Positions 50,191 to 61,700 of a DNA stretch of 64,000 bases are shown in pieces (the first letter of the stretch is position 1; each line of letters opens with the position of its first letter). Location: the NCBI RefSeq assembly GCF_964194155.1, contig NC_135901.1, forward strand, positions 33,790,001 through 33,854,000, written 5' to 3'. The translations under genes were made by a program, and so were the position numbers. This stretch comes from Cetorhinus maximus. Taxonomy: Eukaryota. Below the pieces are notes generated by a model that made no database searches, was not told the DNA's origin, and saw only the letters and a list, made by a program, of their open reading frames with translations.

Positions 50191-50462
50191 CTCTCCAGTC
50201 TGAACTCACTGGTGTGTGTGTGTGTGTGTGGAGGCTGGATGGAAAAAGATGGGAATTCAGCGATGGGACTAAGGAGAACTTTAGAGACAGTTTGGCCCAG
50301 TGGGCTAGTGGAAGGGAGGGAAGCAGCAGAGGCAGCTGATCAGATTGGCTCAATCGCAGTGACAAAGAAGCTCCATGAGCTCCTCACACTTGTTGTTTGA
50401 GAGGAGGATAAAGGGGAGAGGGAGAGCCCTTCAAAAGGAACAGCAAAATCCAATTACTGCAC

Positions 50463-50620
50463 TCATTTGTGAACTCGCTGGTGTCTCAGTGGGTAGGATG
50501 AACAAGTGAATCCCTTCCCACACTTGGAGCAGGTGAACAGTCTCTCCCCGCTGCGAACTCGCTGGTATTCAGTGAGGTCAGATGATCGCCTGAACCCAGT
50601 CCCACAATGAGGGCATCTGA
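50463..50620 (-). pseudogene. Orphaned last two fingers and ancestral stop of the 51484-52785 gene
   Basis: [20 protein letters not shown]...[22 protein letters not shown], matching the last two fingers of the paralog at 25797. Confidence 0.75.
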
Positions 50621-50790
50621 GTTTTCATTCCTTATGAGGTTTGCCATCACTGTCAAGGCCATTCCCACATTCGTTGTCCAACTGTAAATAGCCCTTGAAC
50701 CGAGTGGCTTGCTTGGCCATTTCAGAGGGCAGTTAAGAGTCAAACACATTGCTCCTGGTCTGGAGTCGCATGTAGGCCAGACCAGGTATG

Positions 50791-51253
50791 CCATCCAAGC
50801 GTCCCTCCAACGCCATTACTCAGCTGCGCACGCTTCACTCCCAGCCAGGCCCCGCCCCCAGCCGCTCCCGCAAAGTCCTCCAGTCCTACCTCCTCTTCCT
50901 ATTGGTCAGAAGCAGCCATCAATCAGCCGGGCATTGTGAGCTGTCAGGTGAGAGGTCAATGTCGGGGGGCAGGGTTTACAAATACTCTTAATGTCCCCAT
51001 TAGCACATCCTTTAGATAATATCACAAGTGTCAACACCCCTTTGTCCTTTTGTCTATGACACTTTGGCAATCTCTTCTTTGCCTCCACCTATCACTGGCC
51101 CTCTATCCAGCTCTACCTGTCCCACCCCCTCACCTCATTTCTATTTTTCCTTAGTTCTGATGAAGAGTCATACGGTCTCGAAACGTTAACCGTATCCCTC
51201 TCCGCAGATGCTGTCAGCCTGCTGAGTTTGTACAGCTATTTTTGGTTTTTGTT
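50791..51253 (+). mobile_element. Chimeric insertion: ZNF promoter fragment (50791-50985) fused to a PLE family 1 3' end
   Basis: Both parts lie inside one 9-bp TSD ccaggtatg (50782-50790, 51254-51262). Confidence 0.75.
51153..51191 (+). ncRNA. Minimal hammerhead ribozyme-like motif of the PLE terminal repeat
   Basis: agtt-CTGATGA-agagtcatacggtctc-GAAA-cg-TT-aacc: intact core, stem II, ACGT palindrome and short stem I. Confidence 0.55.
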
Positions 51254-51483
51254 CCAGGTATGTCCTGGTCTTCCCTTTCTTCCCTAAAGGACATTAGTGA
51301 ACCAGCTGGGACTTTTTACAACAACATTTGATAGTTTCAAGGTCACTATTACTAAGGCAAGCTTCCAATTCCAGATTTTATTAACTGAATTTAAATTCTA
51401 CCAACTGTCTTGGGGGGGATTTGACCCCATGACCCCAGAACATTAGCCTGGGCTGTGGGATTATTAGTCCAGTGACGTTACCA

Positions 51484-52785
51484 CTACGGCACCATCTCAG
51501 CGTGAACACGTTGATGGGTCATCCGGTTCCCAGCAGTTTTATAGCACTTCCCACAGTCTGGGCATTTAAAAGGCCTCTCGTCAGTGTGAACTCGCTGGTG
51601 TCTCAGCAGGGTGGACGAGGTAGTGAATCCCTTCCCACACTCGGTGCAGGTGAAAGGTCTCTCATCAGTGTGGAGTCGCTGGTGTCTCAAAAGGTATCGC
51701 GATTGAGTGAATCCCTTCCCACACACAGAACACGTGAATAGTCTCTCCCCATTGTGAACCTGCTGGTGTCTCAGCAGGGTGGATAACTGAATAAATCCCT
51801 TTCCACACTTGGAGCAGGTGAACGGCCTTTCCCCAGTGTGAGTGCGCTGGTGCACAGTGAGGTCGCCTGACTGCCTGAACCCAGAGCCGCAGTGAAGGCA
51901 CTTGAACGGTCTCTCATCAGTGTGAGTGCGCTGGTGTACAGAGAGGGCAGATGATGTCTTGAATCCGCTCCCACAGTGAGAGCACATGTATGGTCTCTCG
52001 TCAGTGTGAACGCGTTGATGGGACATCAGTTCTCTGGAACTTTTACAGCACTTCCCACAATCTGAACATTTAAAAGGTCTCACATCAGTGTGAACTCGCT
52101 GGTGTGTTAGCAGCTTGGATGACTGAGTGAATCTCTTCCCGCACTCCGAGCAGGTGAACGGCCTCTCCCCAGTGTGAACTTGCTGGTGTTTCAGCAGGTT
52201 GGATGACCGAGTGAATCCCTTCCCACACTCAGAGCAGGTGAACGGTTTCTCTCCAGTGTGCACTCGTTGGTGTCTTTGCAAGTTGGATGACTCTGTGAAC
52301 CCAGTGCCACACTGGGAGCAGGTGAACGGTCTCTCCCCAGTGTGAATTCGCTGGTGTACAGTGAGTTGAAATGATTGTCTGAACCCAGTCCCACAGTGAA
52401 AGCACCTGAATGGTCTCTCATCAGTGTGAACACGTTGATGGGACATCAGTTCCCCAGAACTTTTATAGCAATTCCCGCAGCCTGGGCACTTAAATGGTCT
52501 CTCCCCACTGTGCACCCGCTGGTGTCTCAGCAGGTGGGATAGCTGACTGAATCCCTTCCCACACTCGGAGCAATTGAACGGCCTCTCACCGGAATGACTG
52601 CGCCGATGCTTTTCCAAGTCAGATGGGTAATTGAATCCTTTCCCACAGTCCCCACATCTCCATGGTTTCTCCTTAGTGTGACTGCACGTGTGTTTTGACA
52701 GGCCAGATGATTGACTGAAGCTTTGTCCACACACAGAACACGTGTAAGGTTTCTCCCCACTCTGAACGGTGCTTTTTCCTTCCAT
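51484..52785 (-). CDS. Tandem C2H2 zinc-finger protein, class A, 15 fingers, C-terminus supplied by a SINE
   Basis: ATG at 52785 (MEGKST). Ends ...RVHAEMVP* inside the SINE head. Confidence 0.88.
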   Translation of the reverse strand: MEGKSTVQSGEKPYTCSVCGQSFSQSSGLSKHTCSHTKEKPWRCGDCGKGFNYPSDLEKHRRSHSGERPFNCSECGKGFSQLSHLLRHQRVHSGERPFKCPGCGNCYKSSGELMSHQRVHTDERPFRCFHCGTGFRQSFQLTVHQRIHTGERPFTCSQCGTGFTESSNLQRHQRVHTGEKPFTCSECGKGFTRSSNLLKHQQVHTGERPFTCSECGKRFTQSSKLLTHQRVHTDVRPFKCSDCGKCCKSSRELMSHQRVHTDERPYMCSHCGSGFKTSSALSVHQRTHTDERPFKCLHCGSGFRQSGDLTVHQRTHTGERPFTCSKCGKGFIQLSTLLRHQQVHNGERLFTCSVCGKGFTQSRYLLRHQRLHTDERPFTCTECGKGFTTSSTLLRHQRVHTDERPFKCPDCGKCYKTAGNRMTHQRVHAEMVP

Positions 52786-53299
52786 GATCAAAATCTGATG
52801 ATGCTCAGGTTACAATAAATTGGGCGACTCTCTCAGGCCCTGATGTGATGTTTGGTTTCAGTTACCCGACTCCAAATCCTCCCCTTCTAATACCCTGTGA
52901 AACTGATTTAAAACAGAAAAAAAGGGAGTGAGAGAGAACCCACAAAAACACAAATGCAGTTGTGAAATTGAGCTGAATGAATCTGTTAATCCGTAGGGCT
53001 GGCACGAGGAAAAAATGAAAGCTGCCGGGTTGATGTAAAAAAAACCAACTGGTTCGCTAATGTCCTTCAGAGAAGGGAAGCTGCCACCCGGTCTGGGTCT
53101 ACACAAGACTCTGGCCTTATTGAGATGAAAGACTGAGAGAGAGAGCTGGGGAGGCAAGGGGTGAAGGACAGTGATCTTATATATCTACAACTCTGCCAGA
53201 ACTTTTACAGAATTTCCAAACCCGCAACCTTCACCTCTTGGAAGAACCAAGATAGAGGGTGTATGTGAACACCATCACCTCCAAGTCACACACCCTCCT

Positions 53300-54130
53300 G
53301 ACTTGTCTGACATCCAGTGCTGGAAGAACAGAAATTTCCTTCATTCAAATATTAGGAAGACTGAAGCCATTGCCTTCAGTCCCCGCTACAAACTCCACTT
53401 CCTAGACACTGACTCCATCCTTCTCGCTGACAACTGTCTGAGACTGAACCAGACTGTTTACAACCATGGTGAAATATTTCACCCCAAGATGAGCTTCCAA
53501 CCACATCATCACCAAGATCACCTATTTCCACCACAGTAACATCACCCGACTCCATCACAGTCTCAGCTCATCTGCTGCTGAATCTCATCCATTCCTTTGT
53601 TACCTCTAGACTTAACTATACTAACGCACTCCCGGCCGGCCTCCCACATTCAACCTCCCTGTAATCTTGAGGTCATCCAAACCTCTGCTGCCTGTGTGCT
53701 CATTCGCACCAAATCTTGTTCACCCATCACCCCTGTGCTCACTAACCTACAAAGGCTTCCTTTTCAGAAGCACCAAAAGTTTAAAATTCCTATCCTTGTT
53801 TTGGTTGTAACCATCCCTATCTTCGTAATCTCCTCCAGCCACACACCCCTCTGATCTCTCTACACTCATCTAATTCTGGCCTCTTGTGCATTCCTGATTT
53901 TAATCACTCCACCATTGGTGACCGTTTTTTCATTTGCCTAGGCCACAAGTTCTGGAATTTCCTCCTTAAACCTCCCCACCTCTCTTTCCTCCTTTAAGAT
54001 ACTCCTTAAAACCTACCTCCTTCGCCAAGCTTTTGGTCACCTGCCCTAATATCTCCTTATGTGACTCAGTGTCAAATGTTACTTTGGGACATTTCTGTGC
54101 AATGAACTTGGAAAGTTTCATTATGTTAAT
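53300..54130 (+). mobile_element. L2 fragment in class A intron
   Basis: Colinear with 13490-14185 and 18400-18540. Confidence 0.75.
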
Positions 54131-54175
54131 GTTGCTCCCATTGTCATTGAAAAGATTCCAAAAACATTGCCCCCG

Positions 54176-54845
54176 GTCGTTAGTCGGTAGTTAGGAAGGC
54201 AAATGCAACGTTGGCATTTATTTCGAGAGGACTAGAATATAAAAGCAGGGATGTGCTGCTGAGGCTTTCTGAGGCTCTGGTCAGACCATATTTAGAATAT
54301 TATGAGCAATTTTGGGCCCCGTATCTCAGGAAGGATGTGCTGGCCCTGGAGAGGGTCCAGAGGAGGTTTACGAGAACGATCGCAGGAATGAAAGGCTTAA
54401 CATATGAGGAACGTTTGAGGACTCTGGGCCTATACTCGATGGAGTTTAGAAGGATGAGGGGGGATCTGATTGAAACTTACAGAATACTGAAAGGCCTGGA
54501 TAGAGTGGACGTGGGGAAGATGTTTCCATTAGTAGGAGAGACTAGGACCCGAGGGCACAGCCTCAGAGTAAAGGGAAGACCTTTTAGAACAGAGATGAGG
54601 AGAAACTTCTTTAGCCAGAGAGTGGTGAATCTATGGAATTCATTGCCACAGAAGGCTGTGGAGGGCAGGTCATTGACTGTATTTAACACCGAGATAGATA
54701 GGTTCTTGATTGGCAAGGGGATCAAAGGTTACGGGGAGAAGGCGGGAGAATGGGGTTGAGAAACTTATCAGCCATGAGTGAATGGAGGAGCTGACTCGAT
54801 GGGCCGAATGGCCTAATTTCTGCTGCTATGTCTTATGGTCTTATG
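54176..54845 (+). mobile_element. CR1 LINE 3' fragment
   Basis: 182-aa open C-terminal segment (LVRPYLEY...RRMRGDLIETY), tail (tcttatgg)n, candidate TSD gcccc. Confidence 0.88.
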
Positions 54846-54849
54846 GCCC

Positions 54850-55475
54850 CCAACAAAGATGGCGACCTCACATTCGGGGCGAACGCTGCACGTTGCCCCC
54901 AATAAAGATGGCTGCCGTTAACCCGGGTCTGTCCCGGGAAGAAAGCTGCGGCCTCGCTGGATGCAAACGGAGAGAGGTTGCAAACGGGGAGAGGGTCTCC
55001 CGGGGACAGGGAAGTTCTTTTTCGGGGCTTGAAGTTCACACAATATGTTTACGAAGCCTCTCCGGCCATCGCTTCCTCCGCCCCGCCATTCACTCCCTTA
55101 CCGATTTTGGATCTGAGAAGGAACCGTCTCTCCGTCGCCATTACTCGCACTGCGCATGCTTCACTCCCAGCCCCTCGTTCACTCCGATTGGTTGGAAGGC
55201 CAGCCGTTCGACCCCAATACTCCAGCTCCACCCCCTCTTCCTATTGGTCGGGAGCATCCCGGCATTGTGAGCTGTTCGCTGAGGTCAGAGTCGGGGAATC
55301 TGAACCAATGAACACTCTCCACTCTCACCATCCGCCGCTTCCGGCTTCTCTCCCGCACCAACCTCAAGCAAAGAGAGCAGGAGACTCCGAGCATGCGCCA
55401 TCCACCCGGACAACCAGCGGCACATAGAGCGGTTTTTGAGGCGCACTGGATTGTGGGTAATCCGGCCGCCATTAG
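54850..55475 (-). promoter_or_regulatory. ZNF promoter cassette for 51484-52785
   Basis: Reverse complement of 24410-24860. ZNF143-like ttacccacaatccagtgc on the minus strand at about 55443-55460. Confidence 0.72.
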
Positions 55476-55969
55476 AGACCCTGTATCGGTTAATCTTTAT
55501 CTGAATCGGGGAAGGGATCAGATTTTGTTAGCATAGGGATTGGAAAATGAAAAGGATTATGGTCCAACTCTAACCATCCCCACCCTGCAACAATGGAGCT
55601 AATGGCCAATCTTGGCAATGAATATGTTTCAATAAGCCTGTGACAGACCAATATAGAGTTGTTCTGCTACGCTTTATATTTTAACTGCAACTAGCAGATG
55701 TTTTTACCACTCTAAGTTTGGGTTGTGGACTGGAACCTCTTCACTCTTCTCTGTTGATCTTATCCAGAGGGCTTGTGTAGTTCGGATTTGGCCTGTAAGG
55801 TATGGGCACTGTGAGAGTGATAATGGAACATTTTTATATCAGTGCAGTGAGACCTGATCACTTACTGAGTGAATATCTAAAACTATAACTCAAATAACCA
55901 CTTTTACTGCAGGGGATTCTCTGGCTACAATGAGATAGATAAGGAGGGATAGATTCCCTTCTTCTCTAT

Positions 55970-56425
55970 ATCAGGAGCGTGCAGCCCCACCCATCTGGAA
56001 AGCAGTGGAGGGGCATTGGAGGAGGATGGTTTGGTGAACATTGTGAAAGACTGCAGAAAGACTGAGACGGACAAGGAGGGAGAGTTTACTTTTGTCACAG
56101 TCACAGAGGATGTAATTTGTGACATTTTGATAAGAGCTGTTTCCATACTGTGACAGGGGCAGAAATCTTATTGCAGTGATTGAAATGTGGAGTTCTAGGA
56201 GAGATGGGCATGGATTTGGGACGTGACCAGGTGTTTGGAACGGAAAGGCTGGAGAGACATGGTTCGGGGGTTTGCAAGAACTTTGGGGTCAAGGATGGGT
56301 AAGTGGAAGGGAGTGTAGCAGCAGAGGCAGCTGATCAGATTGTCTCAATCTTAATGACAAAGAAGCTCCATGAGCTCTTCACACTGGTGGTTGGAGGTGA
56401 GGACGGTGGAGACAGGGAGAGGGAG
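55970..56425 (+). mobile_element. L2 fragments downstream of a class A gene (L2 reads on the minus strand)
   Basis: ETALIK-like RT remnant on the minus strand. Paralogous to 62035-62480. Confidence 0.55.
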
Positions 56426-56628
56426 AGCCCTTCAAAAAGAATTAACTTCTGTTAGATGTATTGAAAAAGATTCAACACACTGTACTTAACACAAAAATGA
56501 TTTATTTGACTTTGATCCAGGACATTGACACCGATAACTGGGCTGGAGTTTATTAACATCAGCAGAAACAGACCTCAATGAACATGGTTCAGACATGAAT
56601 GTGATTAACAGCAAAATCCTATCACCAG

Positions 56629-57582
56629 TTACTCGTGAACTTGCTGGTGTCTCAGCAGAGTGGCTGACTGAGGGAATCCCTTCCCACACACAGAACAGGA
56701 GAATGGTCTCTCCCCAGTGTGAACTTGCTGGTGTGTCAGCAGGTGGGATGAATTAATGAATCCCTTCCCACACACTGAGCAGGTGAACGGTCTCTCCCCA
56801 GTGTGAATTCGCTGATGTCTCAGCAGGGTGGCTGACTGAGTGAACCCCTTCCCACATTCGGAACAGGTGAATGGTCTCTCCCCGGTGTGACCTCGCTGGT
56901 GTGTCAGCAGGTGTGATGACTGAGTGAATCCTTTCCCACACTCGGAGCAGGTGAACGGTCTCTCCCCAGTGTGAACTCGCTGATGTGTCAGCAGATGGGA
57001 TGAATTAATGAATCCCTTCCCACAATCAGAGCAGGTGAATGGTCTCTCCCCAGTGTGAACCCGCTGGTGTAGAGTGAGATGACATGATTGTCTGAACCCA
57101 GTCCCGCAGTGAGAGCACCTGAACGGTCTCTCATCTGTGTGAATACGTTGATGGCGCATCAGTTCCCCGTAACTTTTAAAGCACTTCCCGCAGTCTGGAC
57201 ATTTAAAAGGTCTCTCGTCAATGTGAACTCGCTGGTGTTTCAACAGGATGGTTGAGCGAGTGAATCCCTTCCCACACTTGGAGCAGGTGAATGGCCTCTC
57301 CTGAGTGTGAACCCTCTGGTGTGTCAGTAGGGTAGATGACTGAGTGAATCCCTTCCTACATTCCGGGCAGGTGAATGGTCTCTCCCCAGTGTGACTGCGT
57401 CGATGAGTTTCCAGCTCAGATGGGTAATTGAACCCCTTCCCACAGTCCCCACATTTCCACGGGTTCACCCCAGTGCGACTGCACTTGTGTCTCGACAAGC
57501 CAGATGATTGGCTGAAGCCTCGACCACACACAGAGCAAGTGTATGGTTTCTCCCTGCTGTGAACGGTGCTTTTTCCTTCCAT
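56629..57582 (-). CDS. Tandem C2H2 zinc-finger protein, class A, 11 finger units
   Basis: ATG at 57582, acceptor tttttacag at about 57692, polyA signal at 56501-56506. Confidence 0.92.
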   Translation of the reverse strand: MEGKSTVHSREKPYTCSVCGRGFSQSSGLSRHKCSRTGVNPWKCGDCGKGFNYPSELETHRRSHTGERPFTCPECRKGFTQSSTLLTHQRVHTQERPFTCSKCGKGFTRSTILLKHQRVHIDERPFKCPDCGKCFKSYGELMRHQRIHTDERPFRCSHCGTGFRQSCHLTLHQRVHTGERPFTCSDCGKGFINSSHLLTHQRVHTGERPFTCSECGKGFTQSSHLLTHQRGHTGERPFTCSECGKGFTQSATLLRHQRIHTGERPFTCSVCGKGFINSSHLLTHQQVHTGERPFSCSVCGKGFPQSATLLRHQQVHE

Positions 57583-58009
57583 GTTCAAAATCTGATGATA
57601 GTCAGGTTAGAAGAAAATCGGTAACTCTGTCAGCTCTTGATTTGACGATTGCTATGAGCTTCCTTCCTGCAAATCCTCCCATTACAATACCCTGTAAAAA
57701 AAACAACTTAAAATAGGAAAAAGTGACCATGAAAGCTGCTGGACTGTCGTAAAAATCCAACTGGTTCATGACTGTCCTTCAGGGAATGGAGCCTGCCACC
57801 CAATCTGGGCATAGAAAGACTCTGGCATCAATGAGAGCAGAGAGAGAGAGCTAGGAGAGGCAGGGGGTGAAGGAGAAAGATTTCATATTTCTACAGTGCA
57901 GCCAGAGTATTGACAGAATCTCCCAAACCCTCAACCTCCACCACCTTGAAGGACCAGGGTAGTAGGTGTATGTGAAGATGAATGTCCTTCACAGAAGGGA
58001 ACCTGCCAC

Positions 58010-60339
58010 CCATAGAACCAGGGAAAAGTTTCAGCAGAAACGGGCCATTCAGCCCATTGTGTCAGCACCAGCCAAAAAGGAGGGAAAAAGAAGCCAGCCG
58101 TTCATTTTTAATCCCACTTTCCCGCACCTGGTCCATAGTCTTGCAGGTTGCAACACTTCAGGTGCAGACCCAGGTGCCTTTTAAATAAGTTGAGCGTTTC
58201 AGCCTCAACCACCGATTTAGGCAGCAAATTCCAGACGCCCACCACCCTCTGGGTGAAAAAGTTTTTTCCACACGTCCCCTCTAATCCTACCAATCACCTT
58301 AAATCTATGCCCCCTGGTAATTGACCCCTCCACAAGGGGAAACAGGTCTTTCCTGTCTACCCTATCTAGGCCCCTCATAATTTTGTACACCTGAATGAGG
58401 TCATCCCTCAGCCTCCTCTGTTCTTAGGAAAACGACCCTAGTCTATCCAATCATTCATCATTGCTGCAATTTTCAAGCCCTGGCAACTTTCTTGTAAATC
58501 TCCTCTGTACTCTCTCCAAAGCAATTATGTCCTTCCTGTAATGTGGTGACCAGAACTGGACACAAAATTCCAGCTGTGGCCTAAGCAGCATCTTATATAG
58601 TTCCATCATTACATCCCTGCTCAATACCTCGCCCAGTAAAGGAAAGCATTCCATATTGTCTCTTGACCACATTGTCCACCTGTCCTGCCACCTCCAGGGA
58701 CCTGTGGACATGCACTGCAAGGTCTCTCACTTCCTCAACCCCTCTCAATATCCTCCCGTTTATTGATTATTCCCTTGCTATGTTTGCCCCGCCAAAATGC
58801 ATTACCTCACACTTTTCCAGATTGAATTCCATTTGCCACTTTTCCGCCCACTCAACCAAACCATTGATATCATTCAAGAGTCAACAGCTCTCCTCTTCAC
58901 TATCAACTACACGGCCAATTTCCCAATCATGCCTCCCACATTTAAGTCCAAATCATTAATATATACAACAAACAGCAAGGGTCCCAACACAGAGCCCTGG
59001 GGAACATCACTGGAAACTGTTTTCTATTTGCAAAAATATCCATCAACCATTACTCTTTATTTCCTGTCGCTGAGCCAATTTTGAATGCAATGTGTCAGCT
59101 TCCTCTGTACCCCATGGGATCTTACTTTTTTGACCAGTCTGCCATGGGGACCTTATCAAATGCTTTACAAAAATTAATGTAGACAACATCCACTGCACTA
59201 CCCTCATCAATCCTCGTTGTTACTTCCTCAAAAAATTTGATTAAGTTAGTAAGACACGACCTTCCTCTAAAAGGACCAAGTTGACTATCCCTGGTCAACC
59301 TGTGCCTTTCTAAGTTGACAGTTTGCCCTGTCTCTCAGAATTGTTTCAGATAATTTGCCCACCACCGAAGTCAGACTGACCAACCAATAATTTTCTGGCC
59401 TAGCCCTCGCACCTTTTTTAAATATTGGTACAATGCTTGCAGACCTCCAATCCTCTGGGACCTCACCTGAATTGAGGATTGCAAAATGATCCTCAGAGCA
59501 TCCGCTATTTCCTCCCTGGCTTCCTTCAACAGCCTGGAATACAATCCATCTGGCCCAGGTGATTTATCCACCTTCAAGGATGCCAGTCCCTCCAGTACAT
59601 CCTCTCTCATTATACTTATTGGATCTAATATTTCACACTCCTCCTCTTTAACTAGAATGTCTGCATCATCCTTCCCCTTAGTGAAGACAGAGACAAAGTA
59701 CTCATTGAGAACCCTGCCCACATCTTCTGCACCAACCCTCAAGTTATCATGTACATCTCTGATAACTAAGGAAAACCCATGGCCTATCATGTACATCTCT
59801 GATAGGCCATACGTTTTACTTAGTTATTCTCTTGCTCTTAATGTACTGGTTTTTCTTTGATTTTACCTGCCAATATTTTTTCGTATCCTCTCTTTGCCTT
59901 GTTAATTTCAATTTTCAGGGTAGGGAAGTCCACAACGATTACTGCCCTATTGTTTTTTCACTCAGAAATTTGCCTAAATATTTGCTCTTCTAACTCCCTC
60001 CCAATATTTGGGCGTCTATAGTGCACTCCTAGCTGTGTGACTACCCCTTTTTTATTTCTGAGCTCAACCCATATTTGATGCATCATTTAGCATACCATCC
60101 CTCCTCACAGTGGGAATTGATTCTTTAACCAATAATGCTCCACCCCCACCTTTTTTATCCCCCCTCCCTATCCTGCCTGAAACCTCTATATGCAGAGATG
60201 CTGAGCTGCCATTTTTGCCGCTCCTTATGCCAAGTTTCCGTTATAGGGATGATATCATGCTGCCATATGTCTATCTGTGCCCTCAGCTCATCGGCTTTAT
60301 TTACTATGCTCCTTGCATTTACATATATACCTTTTAACA
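58010..60339 (-). mobile_element. Decayed CR1 LINE with internal deletions (endonuclease N-terminus to 3' end) in intron 1
   Basis: YVNARSIVNK...ITETW, LNEYFVSVFT...KSPGPDG and QFWSPHYRKD. Candidate TSD ctgccac. Confidence 0.85.
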
Positions 60340-60384
60340 CTGCCACAAGATGGACAATTTGTTTCCATTCTGTCCTTGGGGACA

Positions 60385-61060
60385 GAGATGGCGACTGCGC
60401 ATTCGCCTTGTTGCACATTGCCCCCAATAAAGATGGCGGCCGTTAACCCGGGTCTGGAACTGGGAGAACGCTGCGGCCTTGCTGGGCGTAAACGGAGGGA
60501 CGATCCCCCGGGGACCGCGAAGTTCTTTTTCAGGGTTTATGGTTTACACAATATGTTTACGAAGCCCCTCCGCCCACCCGCCAGATCCATTGCTCCCTCC
60601 GCGCCGCCATTTACTCCCTCACCGGTTGAGCATTCGAGAAAAAAAGCGTCCTTCCAACGCCATTACTCACACTGCGCATGCTTCACTCCCAACCAGGACC
60701 CGCCCCCGTTCACTCCGATTGGTTGGAGGACCAGCCGCTCACGCAAGGTCCTCCAGTCCCACCTCCTCTTTCTATTGGTCAAAAGCAGCCATCAATCAGC
60801 CGGGCATTGTGAACGGTCAGGTGAGAGGTCAGTGTCGGGGGGGCGGGGTTTACAAATACCGAGTGCGGCCCCAGAGCCGAATCTGAACCAATGAACATTC
60901 TCCACTCTCATTATCCGCCGCTTCCGGCTTCTCTCCGGCACCCAACCTCAAGCAAAGAGAGCAGGAGACTCCGAGCATGCGCCATCCACCCAGACAACCC
61001 GTGGCAGATAGAGCGGGTTCTGAGGCGCACGGAATTGTGGGTAATCCGGCTGCCATTAGA
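60385..61060 (-). promoter_or_regulatory. ZNF promoter cassette for 56629-57582
   Basis: aagatggcggcc at 60430, tgcgcatgc at 60673, two reverse CCAAT boxes, GC boxes, ZNF143-like site at about 61027-61044. Confidence 0.72.
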
Positions 61061-61179
61061 CACCCAGTCTCAGTTAAGCTTTGTCTGAATCTGGATCATG
61101 TTCGCACAGAGGTTAGAAATTTTCAAAAACGAAGCTCCAACTCCTACCATTCGCACCTTCTGATAATCTTGAATTGTGG

Positions 61180-61700
61180 GATAATCTTGAGGAGGGATAT
61201 AATTCAATTTGAAGCAATTCAGAGAAGGTTCACTCGGTTGAACTCTGGAAAGCCGCTGTTCTCTGTGAGGAAAGGTTGAGCCTATAGTCATGCAGTTTAG
61301 AAGAACAAAAGGTGATCTTATTGAACGATGTAAGATCCTTGATGGTATTTGACAGGGTAGATGCTGAGAAGGTATCACCTCTCGTGGGGAATGTAGAACA
61401 ATGGAGCACAGTTAAGGGGCCGTGCATTTACAGTGGGGATAAGGAGAATTTTTTTTCATTTAGATGGTTGTTAATCTTTGGAATTCTCTTCCTAGGGAGC
61501 AGTGGAGGCTGTGTCTTTGAAGATATTCAAAACTGAGCTACATAGGTTTTTGATCCACAAGGGAGTTATAGATTATGGGGACAGGCAGGAAAGTGAAGTT
61601 AAGACCACAATCACATCTTCCATATTATTGAATGTTGAAGCAGGCTCACTGGGCCGAATAACCTACTCCTGTTCCAATTTCTTATGATCTTATGATTCAT
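61180..61700 (+). mobile_element. Old CR1 3' fragment
   Basis: DIIQFEAIQRRFTRL and the caggctcactgggccgaataacctactcctg tail. Confidence 0.65.

Larger units (their letters stand above)
50621..51498 (-). mobile_element. tRNA-derived SINE inserted in the ZNF CDS, itself split by 50791-51253
   Basis: Head gagatggtgccgtagtggtaacgtcactggact, same family as 21468. The two halves rejoin at ccaggtatg. Confidence 0.75.

Noticed and set aside
54905-55270. Conserved antisense peptide starting MAAVNPGL at each promoter
   Set aside because: The frame closes within about 10 codons at 1500 and 24790 and lengths differ elsewhere. The conservation is explained by the YY1-like DNA motif.
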